Assembly: GCA_028023455.1 (NCBI GenBank)
Contig: JAQFVV010000007.1
Coordinates: 15,996,001 to 16,060,000 of the forward strand
Direction of reading: 5' to 3'
DNA from: Epiperipatus broadwayi
Taxonomy: Eukaryota > Animalia > Onychophora
DNA: 64,000 bases
Below the pieces are notes generated by a model. That model saw only the letters and a list, made by a program, of their open reading frames with translations. It had not been told where the DNA came from and searched no databases. A program made the translations under genes and the position numbers. Positions 13,449-26,560 of the stretch are shown here, one piece after another; within the stretch, counting starts at the first letter, position 1, and every line of letters begins with the position of its first letter.

Positions 13449-16388
13449 TCTTTTATTTATCTTATGCTGTTTTTAGTCTGTATGGATAAAATCTTGTAGC
13501 TAAATATATATCCAATTTTCGATCTAGTTGGAACATTGCATACATATATATATTTCTAATGAAATGCATTTTGTTAGTTTGCAAATAATTTTCACAAAAC
13601 GTTAGCAAAAAATTATGTGTTTTAATTTTATATGTACGTTGAAAAACTAAAAATGTTTCCTTGACAATTGAATCAACTGACTTTTTTTATTATATTCTTT
13701 TATTCTACTTATTCTGTTTTTTTAATCATCCTGTCTAGATAAAATGCAATTTAAATAAATTTATCTAATTTTGGTAATTGCAATATATATAACTTGAAAA
13801 AATAAACTGCTTTTAATCACTCGAATGTACTTTAAAAAAATGTAAAAAAAAATTTTTTTTCAGCTTTCGATAGTAGAATTTGATATATTTTTTGTATGTA
13901 CATAATAACAAAACCATAAAGAATATTAATTTCAAAATGTTAAATTTTGATTTTTGCTTGAAGCTTTAAATTGATAGAAAATAAAACTATTTTTAAACAT
14001 ACACCCTTCGAGCTTTTATTTATGAACATTGAAGAAAATATACTTTTTAAATTTTTGTATATTTATATAGTAAACACATTTCTTTACAAAATTTTTTTTA
14101 TTACTACATTGTTATCAGTTTTTTAAAAAAAAAAATTGTAAATTTCACTTTCATTATTTGCATATCTACTGAATAAATTATCATCACTTTTAAATAAATA
14201 TTAAACAAGTCACTGATAAATAATATTCCTGCATTACATTTCCACCATATCTATTTTTTCTATAAATAAACTTTATGATCCTGCAAATAATTTTTTTTAA
14301 AAAAAAAAAAATCTATCAGGATTATTCAAATTAGAATATACAATACTCATCTGTCTATTTAGATAACAATGTAGAATTATTCTCCATACAATGATGAAAA
14401 TAATCTAGTTCATCTACAATACCACCTATTTCCACTTGTTTAACAATTACTAGAAAAAGAAGTTGGCCGTAGATATATACAATAACATATATTAAACCAA
14501 TCTCGTAAATAAGTGCAAACTTTAAATTACACCAACATATTATTAAAACTCCAAATTAAGCAGTCTAAATTTAAAATGTAAAAGCAGAATATTCCAATTA
14601 ATGAGGGCAATTGGTCTCCCAAAATGCACCATAAAGTAAAATCTCACTTAAAAAATAAGCAGTTATTATGAATTCCTGAGAAAAATTAATTTGTTAATTT
14701 AAATTCAAAATATATATAAAAAAATTAGATTAAAAAATATAACTTAAATCAAAAACCAGTATTAATTAATGAATAAACATTTTACTAAACATATTAATAA
14801 AAAAAAATACTATTCTGTGGATAAATATATACTATTTCAGTAGCTATAATTTAAAATATATATATAATTTTTCCATTGACTATTCAGCCAGTGTGTTTCT
14901 TATATATCTGCAGACTGATATTTCTTGAATCACAATTCTTTGAATTAAAATAAAATATGAAGATGAATTCACATTTTAAAATTAAAAAATGATAATAATA
15001 GTGTTTGAAGTTTATTTTTGATGTGTTTTATGTATAAAATTTTTATTTTTGTAATTTCTAACTAATAAAACTGAATTTTTTTTGTAGTGCTGTTAATTTA
15101 ATTTTTTCAAATTGTGAATTTTTTGTTTCACATTAATGCACTGAAATCAAATAAGAAATAAATAAAGAAATGCACTGTAAGTTAATTGCTATAGTTTTAA
15201 TAATGTGTGTAAATGATCCTAATTTTTTTTTATTTTGCTGATCTATATTAACAATAAAACCATCCATTATCATGACTAAGTTGCAAACAAATTACAAGAT
15301 TGTCAATTTAAAATTGAAAAAATAAATGATATTTTAAACTTACATTTAACAACCTGTAATCATGTAAAATTATTAAACTGCATAATACATGAAATCATTT
15401 TTTTCCTTAAAATAATTTACAATTAAAATTCCAATTATATTTTTGCAGTAGGCAACATAACAGTTAACCCATAAAATTGCTTGAATGAATATAGTTTAAC
15501 TAATACACACATTTTACAACTAAATATTAATACATTTTTTTTTTGTTATAATATGTTTTTGACAACTTAAATGAAACTGGTGCATTTTGATTTGATAGTC
15601 ATTAAAAATGAAAATCTTTACTTTGGATATGTCATAAATGAAAGTACTGATTGTTTTGCAAAGATGCTGGATGAAAATTAAATAAAATACATGAATCATA
15701 TTTTAATATACTATATTCAGACAGTATTGTATAATGAGCAAACTCTATTCTACATTTTTAACATGAATATTGGCATTTTATTTTTGGAAGATGTAGCTTT
15801 AATGAAGTCACTATCCCATAATAACATCATTTATCTTATCAAATCGCTGCCATCTTGAAAAAATGGATGATTTTTAATAATTTTTTTTTAAAGATTGCAA
15901 TAGTGAGTAATCAATTGTAAATCAAAATAGTGGGTACAAATTGATAATGATCATTATGATAAATCCTTGCAAGAAGGTTCATCGCTAACCAGGATAAAGA
16001 TGTAATTATTTTGCAGTTTGTTTTATGTGGTGGATATTTTAGATATCAAAAAATTTAGGTATTAGTATATATTGTACATACATACATATGATTATTGAAT
16101 GCATAGTCTTGTATTTAATTCTATATAATTATAATAGTGTTATTTTCTTTCAGTGTTAATAAAGAAATTTTGCCAAAATTTTCTTTTTATTTCATTTATT
16201 AAAACTTTGGCTTTTAAAGTTTTGTTTTTTATTATTTTCAATTTTTTTCTTGGTAAATTGATTATATGCTTTTTTTATTTTGTATATTTATTATTTTTTT
16301 GTTTAATATGTTTACTTTGAACATTATGAAAATAATTTTCTTAATTTATTTTTGTATATGTATTTGCATATAATTTTATAAATATTAG

Positions 16389-16499
16389 GATTTAGCAGCT
16401 CGAAATGTCCTCGTTAATGCAAGTTTGGTATGCAAAATAGCAGACTTTGGTCTGTCTCGTGAAATTGAAAGCACAACGGAAGGAGCGTATACTACTAGG
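16389..16499 (+). CDS. Eph: Eph kinase exon (catalytic loop, DFG, activation loop)
   Basis: attag|GAT...AGG|gttagg; [37 protein letters not shown]; completes HRDLAARN across a 10.2-kb intron. Confidence 0.97.
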
Positions 16500-16588
16500 G
16501 TTAGGAATCCATCTTAATTCTTTATATTTTTTTATTAATAAACAAATAATATTCAGTTATTTATTTATTTTTTTATTTTTTTATCTAG

Positions 16589-16783
16589 GGTGGCAAAATT
16601 CCAGTTCGGTGGACAGCTCCTGAAGCGATTGCTTTTAGAAAATTTACATCAGCTAGTGACGTATGGAGTTTTGGTATAGTGGCATGGGAAGTGATGTCAT
16701 ATGGTGAAAGACCATATTGGAATTGGTCCAATCAAGATGTTATCAAATCTATAGAAAAAGGTTATAGGCTTCCACCTCCAATG
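16589..16783 (+). CDS. Eph: Eph kinase exon
   Basis: tctag|GGT...ATG|gtaatt; [65 protein letters not shown]. Confidence 0.97.
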
Positions 16784-17641
16784 GTAATTTTTTTTAATTA
16801 TAAAATTATTTTTTTTAATTAGCATTGCTTTCTTAATTTTTTGAGAGAAGGAAAGGAGTTAACATATTATCAAAAACATACTTCAAACCTAATACCTTTA
16901 AAATAGATAACATTATAAAATAAATGATTTGATTAGTTGTGCAAATGTTTTACCGAAACAGGAAATGAAATTAGAATTAGTTACTTGAAAATGGTATACG
17001 ATTCAAAAATCTTTATAGCCCTTGTATTTCATATTTTTCTTATTGATTTTGTTTTAGTTTCTTTTTCAAAAACCATTGAAAGAGTGTTTTTTTCTTTGAA
17101 CATGTTACTAAGTTTCACAAATTGAATTGTCATTAATCTTATGAATACAAACTTGGTAGATTGGTTGAGTGTACTGTAAGGTATAAAACTCTTGTAAATA
17201 CTATGTTAATATATATCATAAATAGTTACAAAATAAATGTGTAACTTAAATATAAGAGGTATTAAATGAGATAGTTGATTTACATGGATGAAAGATGAAG
17301 GAATGTATCTAAATGTGACTTGTCAATTCTTTTGATATAAGCCGATAAGACACAAGATCTGTATGGTGATTTTATTTTAAATAAGTCTTACCAGTAATTT
17401 AATAGATTGATCAAAATAGTAAGGGAGATGAGCAAAGATAATTGTAAATCAAATAATATTCTGTTTTAATATGGTGTCCTGTCTGATTTCGTTCAGCAGT
17501 GAAATGACAGATTCAAGAGCTAAAGATTCTTGATTGAGAGTCAACCCATTACTTCTGGTGCTGGAACATCAAATAATCTTTGAAACATTATTCTTATATC
17601 TTCCCTTTTACCTTTTTTGCATTCTTCATATATTCATATAT

Positions 17642-17858
17642 ATTACTTTTTATAAATCTCCACATATACACTCCAATACAATTTTTTTTATAATTCCTTT
17701 AATTTTCTACAGTTTCGACTGTCCTGCAGTCTTCATCAGAGCATTTGAATAACCTTCCCCTGATGAAGGCTGCAGGACAGTCGAAACTGTAGAAAATTAA
17801 AGGAATTATAAAAAAAATTAGTATTGGAGTGTATATGTGGAGATTTATAAAAAGTAAT
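17642..17858. repeat. Foldback (~98-bp arms, 20-nt loop) carrying two back-to-back hammerhead cores
   Basis: Arms 17642-17739 and 17760-17858; CTGATGA-A-GGCTG-cagga-CAGTC-GAAAC on +, CTGATGA-A-GACTG-cagga-CAGTC-GAAAC on -. Confidence 0.85.
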
Positions 17859-18026
17859 TTATACGAATCTTTGAAACAACTAATCAGATCATTTGTTATT
17901 ACAATTCTATAAGTGTAATAAAAAAAATCAGAAGAAAATGGAGTGTGTATTTTTATCAATGACTATAATGCAAATCATTAATATTTATTCCAAAAAGATA
18001 AATGATTTTTCCTTGATTTATAATGT

Positions 18027-18117
18027 GTGGCTTAGAGCAGCAGTAAAGTCTCAGACAATGGACATCAAAGGCCATGGATTGTGGGACTGCTTTCTCATTT
18101 CCTGAGCTTGAACTTTT
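18027..18117 (+). repeat. Degenerate tRNA-SINE-like dispersed repeat (related copies ~28720-28810 +, ~33630-33710 -, ~42790-42870 +)
   Basis: Shared core (tgga)catcaaaggccatggattgtg...cttg(a/g)acttt; A-box-like tggcttagagcag at the 5' end. Confidence 0.4.
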
Positions 18118-19972
18118 TATGAATAAAATATTTGATTATTTATTTTTATTTACTGTGAAAACAAATTACAACAATTAATATTAGGACAATAAAAGATATA
18201 TATTAAAATAAAATAGAATTGGTATCATCATATTTAATGTTTTACAAGGAAAGATGATTTCATTGTGGAAATTCAACAAAGCTAAAAACATACAATGCAT
18301 TTAGCATGGAGAGTTCTTTTTTTTTAAGAGTAGTAACAAAATATCATAAAGGAGACTTTCCAACCAGAAAATAAAATCACTAATGGCAGAATTAAGTCCT
18401 TCCATTCTGACATTAAAATCATAAATTTGATAATCATTGATCTTATGGTCTGTGATTTTTTACATCTGCATAAGTCAGTAGCTGTGAACCAGTATATGAA
18501 ATAGATGAGGACAATGCCGATGGCTTGCCCTGAATTTGATGATTAGATTTCATTTGGATTTAAATTATACCTAGCTGGTTATACTATTGAACTTAGGGGG
18601 GGGGGGTATTTTAAACCTTTTAAAAATTCCCAGTTTTTATACCATTCATCAGTTGTAGATTCTTGGTTTAACATCCAGAAATGAGATAATGATTTGAGAA
18701 GAGGTTTGCAAAACTATCTTGAATTTATTATAAAATCTTTTCTTTTCACCACATTTATGCCACCTAGTGTAAGCTTTAGAAGTCATTAACTGCCAGCTGA
18801 TAGTACTTAATAGATCCATATCTAGTGCTGTTCTATTAATATCTCTAGTCTAGTTTCTAGTCTATGACTGCATCAATGAAGAGTTTTTGGATCTGGAAGA
18901 AGTACACTAGGTTTATTTTGAATATAATGAACCTTCCCTCTAGCAGTTCTATTCTACTTTTTTATTATACTATCAAGCTAGCAGCATAAATTGAAAATCA
19001 TGTTAATATTTTCAGTCTAAGTCAACTTTTCTGGTATCTCTTAATTATTAAAGCTTACACTAGGTGGTGTAACTGCAATAAGTGAATGCCATTATACAAA
19101 CTGGAATCATGCCATATATATGTATTATTGGTTTCCTGTTTTTAATTATCTAGTCCAATCTATAACACAATGAATGAAATTGCAGAAATAAAGAGGGTAT
19201 TTAGAAGAGATAATGCATATAAATAAAATATATTACTTTTATAAAAAAACTTTATGAATTTTTTTTTTTTTATCTAATCAACAAAAAGAAATATATTAAA
19301 GTAATGATGAATAATAAAAAAAAAAATGACAGTCAGAGTGGATAGCTGACGAGAGTTTGAAAGTCTGTGTTCAAATCCTCTCTAATTATATTTAAAGTTC
19401 AAGTATATTCATTATATTTTATTCAAATTTTAATGATTAATTAATAAACCATGTATCATGTGATCTAGTTGTTTTTTTTTTTAATTTATAATCATAATAC
19501 TAAACTGATGCATTTCAACAAATCACAATTTTTTTTTTACATTTAATAAATCTTTTTCTTAAATTTATTTTGATTACTCTAAAAACTTATTCTTTCAAAA
19601 AAATAAAATAACAAATATCTTTTTCGTCAGTTGAGTGGAACCGTTTTGTTTAAACATCACATCACCTACTGGGTATCTTATCTAACCATTGTTATAAGTT
19701 TACAGGTTAATAACATAAATTAAAAATCTTAAATATGCTTTTTTTTTTAAAAATAAAATAGAAATGTATATATATTTAAAAAATTTAATATGAAGAGTAT
19801 TTGTTCCATTTGAATGTACTTGTGTATGAAAATATAATAAAATGTGTTTGTATATGTATAGAATAGTGCTTAATTTTTAAAGCTTTTTATAAATTTCTAT
19901 ATATATATATATATATACTCTAAAAATAAATGTGTGAAGGTGGCTTTCTGTATTACTGATGTTTTTATTTAG

Positions 19973-20115
19973 GATTGTCCCGAAGCAATTCATCAATTAA
20001 TGTTAGATACATGGCAGAAAGAAAGATCACATCGGCCAACATTTGCAGCAATTGTAAAAACATTAGATAAATTAATCAGATGTCGAGAGAGTTTACGTAA
20101 AATTGCACGTAACAG
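19973..20115 (+). CDS. Eph: Eph kinase C-lobe end exon
   Basis: tttag|GAT...AG|gtaagt; [47 protein letters not shown](R); ends in phase 2. Confidence 0.96.
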
Positions 20116-22320
20116 GTAAGTAATTTCAAATATTTTTACGTTTTGAATCTTTCAGTGTTCAAATTTGCTTTAATTTAGACACATAATTAAAAACTCCCTT
20201 ATAGAAACATACTGCTACTAGTCAAATGTGAGATTAAATTAGTTCTTAAATGTAAAATTAATATATTCACTAATTATTTTATATTGTGCAAGTTCTGATT
20301 AAACATTTTAAAGCCAAACTTTTAGATAGCTTTCCTAAAGTTGACAATCTAAATATTGATCAGTAAATTGGTATCTAATTATTCTTAGCTAAAAGGAAAA
20401 AACAAAGAGAAAAAACTGCTCAGACCATTACCATCTGACAACTAGAAAGCCTGTTTGGATAATGACTTTTTTCAAAATCATTATTTATTTCACAATTATA
20501 TTTATAATTAATTATAGAATCATTGATATGGTTAGCGGGCACCATTTTTAATATAAAGTGATGGATATTTTGTGTCAAATACTTAATTTTAAAGATCTAA
20601 TCAAAGATTAAATAAATAATGACGGAGAAAGTAGTAGTCAATTCTTTATAAAAAAGCATTGAAAATATATTAAGCCCATACTTAATATTTTCAATGTTTT
20701 CCCTGAGAAAGAGTATTAGCATTCCCTTTAGTATATTATATTTCAGTAATGAAGTTATTGCCATTATTTATAAAATATGAATGTATATTATAATGAAATC
20801 GAATCAAAATTAAAGATTTTCGATTTTGAGCTGACTTTCAATTTTTTCTCAAAAGCGGAATGATAAGAGGAAATGGAAAATTGCATCATTTTTCATGATC
20901 ATTGCTTAAAGAATTTCTGATTTTATGATCCTTTTGTCCGAAAAGGCTAATATTCAAAATGCATAGAACTAAAGTACAACATTATTTTTATGTGTGATAT
21001 TTGTCACAGTTGGATATAATGTATTTCCGAATGTAGTGCTTTGATTCGGATATAAAATCGTTGTGGATTTTAACTGCTCGATATTTGTCAAATCCATATC
21101 AAATATTGTTGAAGTCTAATTTGATTTTCCTGTCACATTTAAATAATTTTGATCAAAAGGTTATCTGAAATACACTGTGTGTGAAGTAAAAAGAAAGATC
21201 TACCAAAAAATGGAACTCCACTGATGTAAAGGAATTGTTGAAGTTTATATTGCAGTTTTAAATATATGATTGCTAAATAATGATCATTTGTTATCATTTG
21301 ATCACATGGTACTATTGCCTATTTCCATCAACCCAATCAGCAAAACGTGTAATACATGTATAAAGATATAGACATTTCCAGTAGGTTATATATCAGACAC
21401 AGCTCTCTTCACACTATTTTAGAGATATTTACTAAAAGATCAAATAATCAGTGGATGTCAGGTGATGGAGTAAAAGATATCTGCAAGATTACCTAAATGT
21501 ATTAGGTCAAGTGGTCGTCAAAAATGGAAACCAGCCTAGAGATGGAGATATTACAGCATTATGCTTTCTGATGTCAATTGTTTACTCAAGCTTAAAACAG
21601 ATGGCTCTAGAAATAAGGTTGAGATAGTTTTGAATAAAATGATCATGTGATGTTGTTTGAGGTGTATTATCTTGGAGATAGGAAATTTGTGAAAATAACT
21701 ATAATTGTTGGAGAAATGAAGCAAGAGACAGTCTGTGGCTCAAAAGAAAAAATTGATTTACTGAACCAATCCTTTCTTTGGATCCTAATTAGTCATAATG
21801 AGGTAGATATTTACCTGTATTAGGAAATAAATGTTTTTTTTTTTGCTTGCAGGCATTAACATAGGTATTGTTTGCAAAATTTCTAGCTAATTGGCATTCT
21901 GTATGTGGAAGGAAGTGTGTAATATTACATCAATCTAATCATTAATTTGTTGGAATACAAAATGTCAAGATTTTTTAATTAAAACAATGGACTCGAAGAA
22001 CTATAGAATTAGGATCCATTAGTGTTGATGAAGTTTTTGTCCTACAGTGACCTTATTGTAAGCACATTTGATCTTTTGATCTCCTATTTATTTTGATTCT
22101 ATTTTCATAAACAGTTTACAACTTTGAATTTCCTCATAATGTTATTATTGTTCGAAAACAAAATTTCAGAATTTTAAGTTTTGGCTAATCCATTTCTATT
22201 TAAAGAAATTACGAAATGTAGAAAAAAGTTAGTTTAGAAGATCATAATAAAAATTTTGAATACTATCTATATGCTATTCTTATTCAAAAAATTATTAATG
22301 TCTTTTTTTTATTATTTCAG

Positions 22321-22588
22321 AAATGATAACCCATTTGGACCTGATGCTCCAGATATGACCCAGTTTACCACAGTAGAAGAGTGGTTAAACAGCATCAAAA
22401 TGACTCGTTATCTAGATAGTTTTGAACAGGCAGGAATAACCACACTAGAAGCAGTAGCTAGGCTTACTATTAAAGATTTGACAGCATTGGGCGTTACATT
22501 GGTAGGACATCAGAAGAAAATTATGAACAGTGTACAGACAATGCGAGCACAGATGAGTGCGAACATGTCCGAGGGGTTTCTAGTATAG
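22321..22588 (+). CDS. Eph: Eph last coding exon: SAM domain and PDZ-binding tail
   Basis: tttcag|A AAT GAT...TAG; NDNPFGPDAPDMTQFTTVEEWLNSIKMTRYLDSFEQAGITTLEAVARLTIKDLTALGVTLVGHQKKIMNSVQTMRAQMSANMSEGFLV*; matches the end of ORF 22256..22588. Confidence 0.96.
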
Positions 22589-24346
22589 CAATGGACTCTA
22601 TAGAAACTGTACAAAGTGAAGTTTATGGCCTGTTACTCAGGCTAGCGTTTTTTTTCTTTTTTTTTAAAAAAAAAAACGCGTTTGTTCATATCATTGTAAA
22701 CAAAAAAAACGAGGCAATAGCAAAGCAATTCAACTCATGAGGGATTGCATTTCTTTGGTATGCCAGCGGAGTAACGTTTTAGATACCTCAGCTCATTCTA
22801 TACAATATTTTTAATTTTGTCCTTTCTTTTAAGTTGTCTGTTTTTTTTTTTATATATATAATATTTTGAGTATGAATAAAAAAATTTAAAATGAAAGACA
22901 GAGAAATAAACAAAAACCAGAATCCGACACTGATTTCTGAAGTGCATTTACAACACAGGTGACAGCACTATCCTTTTTATTTGGTTACCAAAAGTTTGCT
23001 CAAACCATCGAACAAAGAACTAGGAATAGGAATTCTTGGAGCGAAGCTGCAGTTTGCTTCTTAAAGTCATCAATGAAGCAATATCGTAATCTAGATATTA
23101 CGCATTGACTAAGCTTTCTTCATATTAGATATACCTAAATTCATTTTTACAGCTAGCATTTTTTCTTTTATTTATTTATTAAATTATTTTCCATGAGGGG
23201 GGATGAAATATAAATATTATGTAGCAACTGAAAAAAAAAAAAAAAATTGTTTTTTATGTTTTTTGGAAAAAAAAAATTGCTCAATTTTTTGACTTATCAT
23301 TTAACTTTCTTCCACTTGTGGACTATTTGTCACTGTGTGTTTGGACAATTGTGAACGGTTCAGTTTTAACAGACTCTCCCCAAGATCCAGAGATCAGTTG
23401 CGGGGCTTTCCTCCAATCCTATGGACTCCGAAAATTCCACTTCAGCAAGTTTCTCTATTATATCCACTGACTTGTGTGTGAAGTTGATCTTGGGGGTTAT
23501 CATTTAAATGCAAAAGAAATATTTTTGATAATAAGGCTTCATTTTATACAGTGCTGTATGTAAGCCGTCACTGCCCAGTTACTTAAATTGTGTGTTTTCA
23601 TTTTTTTATTATTATTTGGTTAATTTCTTTCTTTTTTTTTTTTAATCGTTAAAATTAAAGAAAAGAAAAATCTTGACTACAAAACAAAAGGTTTTCTTAC
23701 CTTAAGGTTGTGTACCCGAACTCTATAAAAGCTGATGTAGGCCTAGAGTAGACTGATAAAGATTTTATTTATTTCTTTACCGATACACGAATGCGTATAA
23801 CTGTATATTTCTGCTATGTACATTACATGTAAATTAACTTGTCAAGTCTGTATGCATTCTTTGAGCTCATATCAATTTATGCCCATGTTATTATTATTTT
23901 GTTTTTTGTTTTTTAATATGCGAGTATATTTTCCTTTTATTTTGTTATTTTCTTGTTGTTATTATCATCATTATTATTTACCTTCTACCTCACATTATTT
24001 CCATTTAGCACATTATAAAGTTTATTTTGTATTATTTTAGAAAGTTTTTGAAAAACTTTGTGTACATTTTGTGAATTATATGAAATTATTCTCATATTTT
24101 CCCTTTCTGATTACATCAGCTGAATTCCCTCCTTACCTTTCCCAAATGTATCCCCTAAGTTTATATATATTTTTGTTTTATTATTTTACTTATTAGTATT
24201 ATCTTCTAATGGGCAAACTTGTATAAAAGAAAAGAGGAAACTCTATTGAGAAAAAACAAAATAATGTTATTTTCACTTGTTTTCTTAAAGTTATTTTATT
24301 ACTCTGGTGAACTTGTAAAATAGATAACCGAAAAGCATGATTTTAA

Positions 24347-24360
24347 AATAAACTATTAAA
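24347..24360 (+). terminator. Probable Eph polyadenylation signal (AATAAA + ATTAAA)
   Basis: AATAAA 24347-52 and ATTAAA 24355-60, followed by GT/T-rich ctgtgttcttttatttt; lies just before the first downstream LINE. Implies a ~1.8-kb 3' UTR (inference). Confidence 0.5.
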
Positions 24361-24559
24361 AGAATGTAAGACACTGTGTTCTTTTATTTTCATTTATGCA
24401 TGATTTTGACTGCACACACAAATACTTCACACAAGTTTTAATATTTAAACACCATTTTCATGTAAAATATTGATCCATATGATATATTTTCCAATTCCCA
24501 AACTCATTATGAGCACTAAGAGTACTCACTAGATGTCAGCATTTTATAATTAATCAATA

Positions 24560-26200
24560 TAAAAGAGTAGTTAGGAAATAAGAAATTGTTAGAAGTAGAT
24601 GTTTGAATATGCAAGATGATGTAGGAGATTAGAAAAATGGCAGGAATTAAAACAAAGCAGTTAAAAATGAAGAGCTTCAGATAATAGCAGTAGTGGAAAC
24701 ACATGTAAGAGAAGAAGAAGAAGTAGAACCTATACTGGAGGACTTGCTATGGCAGGGTATAAATAGAAAAGAAAAAAGGGGTGGTGGTATAGGAGTTAGG
24801 TCAAATAATATTTAAATACTGTTAAATGTCAAGAACATTTGTGGTTGGAGATAAGGTTAGGACACAAGAATGTATGGTGGCTATAGTGTTTATAGCTACT
24901 GGAGATAATCAAACTTTAATGGAGTGGAACAGTAGCATATACGAATGCTTGATCAAGGATATACAGAGTTTCAAAAAAAGGGGGGGGGGAATAATGGTTA
25001 TAGGGGATATGAATGGGCATATTGAAGAAATTAATGATGCGTATAACAGGAATGGACAGCTTTTGAAGAATTTTTGTCACAGTGAATTTGAGCATTGGAA
25101 ATTTGTCAAATATTTATGAGGGTTAATATACATGGTCTAGAAATAATATATTTCATACAATAGATTATGTATTAGTAGAGAAAGAGGCAATGAATAAAGT
25201 ACAGAAAAAGTGTTTGATAATGAAGAGAGAGAGTATGTAACAGTGATCATAATTTTATTATAATAGAAATGGTTAATAATATGATGGTAAATAGTGATAA
25301 AAGTAGAAAGGATAGTGAAAGATGTAGGTAGAGAATGAATGATAAGAATAAGTTAGAAGAATATAAAATAAAAGTTGAAGAAACCATGGAAGAGTTGGTT
25401 GGGGATGGACTGATGTGGTGAAGTAGAAAAAGTGGCAATAGGGTTGACAGTTAGTAAAAGAGAGGAAAAAAGCATGCAGAGAATATAAATGTGCTATTAA
25501 GAACAAGGAAAGTGAAAAAGATGTTAAATGGAAAAAGTATTTAGAAAAAAAAAGATGGAGGATAGAAATAAAAGGGGATGAGTAAAAAATTTTGGAAATA
25601 TATTAAAAGAAGGAATTTAGGGCAGAGAGAAAAGTATTACTAGATGATGTGAAAAAAGAAAGTATCTCTAGAGAATTAGAGGTAATCTTAAATAAGTATG
25701 TAATGGATATAGAAAAGATGTTAGATCTGAAGGACAGAGTGATAACAAACATAATAAAAGTATATAGTAATGGAACTATTAGGTTTGCAGAAAATGAACT
25801 GAATGAGGCAATGAAGAAATTGAAAAGTGGAAAAGCAAGAGGTTTAGATGGATGGGCAGCAGAGATGATAATAAATTTAGGATACTGGGCAAAATTAAAA
25901 CTATTATCATGTTTTAATAAGATGACACAGAAGAGAGATTTTCTCGATAGTTGGAGAAATACAAGAGTATGGCTACGATGTCAAGAAAATAATATTGTGA
26001 GAGAAATGCAAGGAGGTTTTGATCAGATAGGCATATAGGAGAGTTTATTTGTAGTTATACAACTTATGTGTAGAAATACAGATAGACAGTTATATATGGC
26101 TTTTATAGATATAGAGAAACAATATGACAAAGTAAATAGAAATAGATTATGGGTAAGTTTAGTAAATTTGGGAATGGGTGGATCTTATTAAGAGATTGTA
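24560..26200 (+). mobile_element. Decayed LINE (RTE/RTEX-like) endonuclease + partial reverse transcriptase
   Basis: APE motifs IIAVVETH, RGGGIG, VIGDMNGH, NRNGQLL, TIDYVLV, SDH; RT motifs KLKSGKARGLDG and AFIDIEKQYDKVNR.RLW; many stops and frameshifts, truncated after RT domain 3. Confidence 0.85.
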
Positions 26201-26289
26201 TGAAAATAATTAAAATACTTATGATACTTAAAGATAATTTACTGTTAATTGTTGTAAAAGCAAGAACATTGGTGAAAAAAGTACCCTGC

Positions 26290-26560
26290 TATAATAGTAT
26301 GTAAGCTGGAGTCGTGATATTTTGTTGGTTTAGATCAAATCCTGACCACAGGGTATAGGTGCCTATAGTTATTAACATACTAAGGATACTATAAGGTATT
26401 GGATAGGACAGTACAGGATAGGAATTTAATAAGGACTATCATCTGGCATCTATTATTCTTTACTAAAGCTTACAGTAAGTGGCATAGAGATGATGAAAAA
26501 CAGTATAGTCTATATCAGTAGCATGTAAGCTGGAGTCTTGATAGATTGTATGATATTTTA
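26290..26560 (+). repeat. Unclassified dispersed repeat (other copies ~18760-18820 -, 19050-19115 +, 60965 -, 61615-61680 -, 62090-62215 +)
   Basis: Recurring motifs actatca(c/t)ctggca, taaagctta(c/t)a.ta.gtgg and tgtaa(a/g)ctggagtc. Confidence 0.6.

Noticed and set aside
19344-19365. CTGACGA..GAAAGTC hammerhead-like string
   Set aside because: No real stem I, II or III, and the motif is absent from sister copies of the tRNA-like arm.
21190-21780. Possible piggyBac/LINE relic (WNSTDVKELLKFI)
   Set aside because: One short motif only; no TTAA/TIR or further motifs.
22256-22320. N-terminal part of the 110-aa ORF
   Set aside because: Intronic read-through upstream of the tttcag acceptor at 22320.
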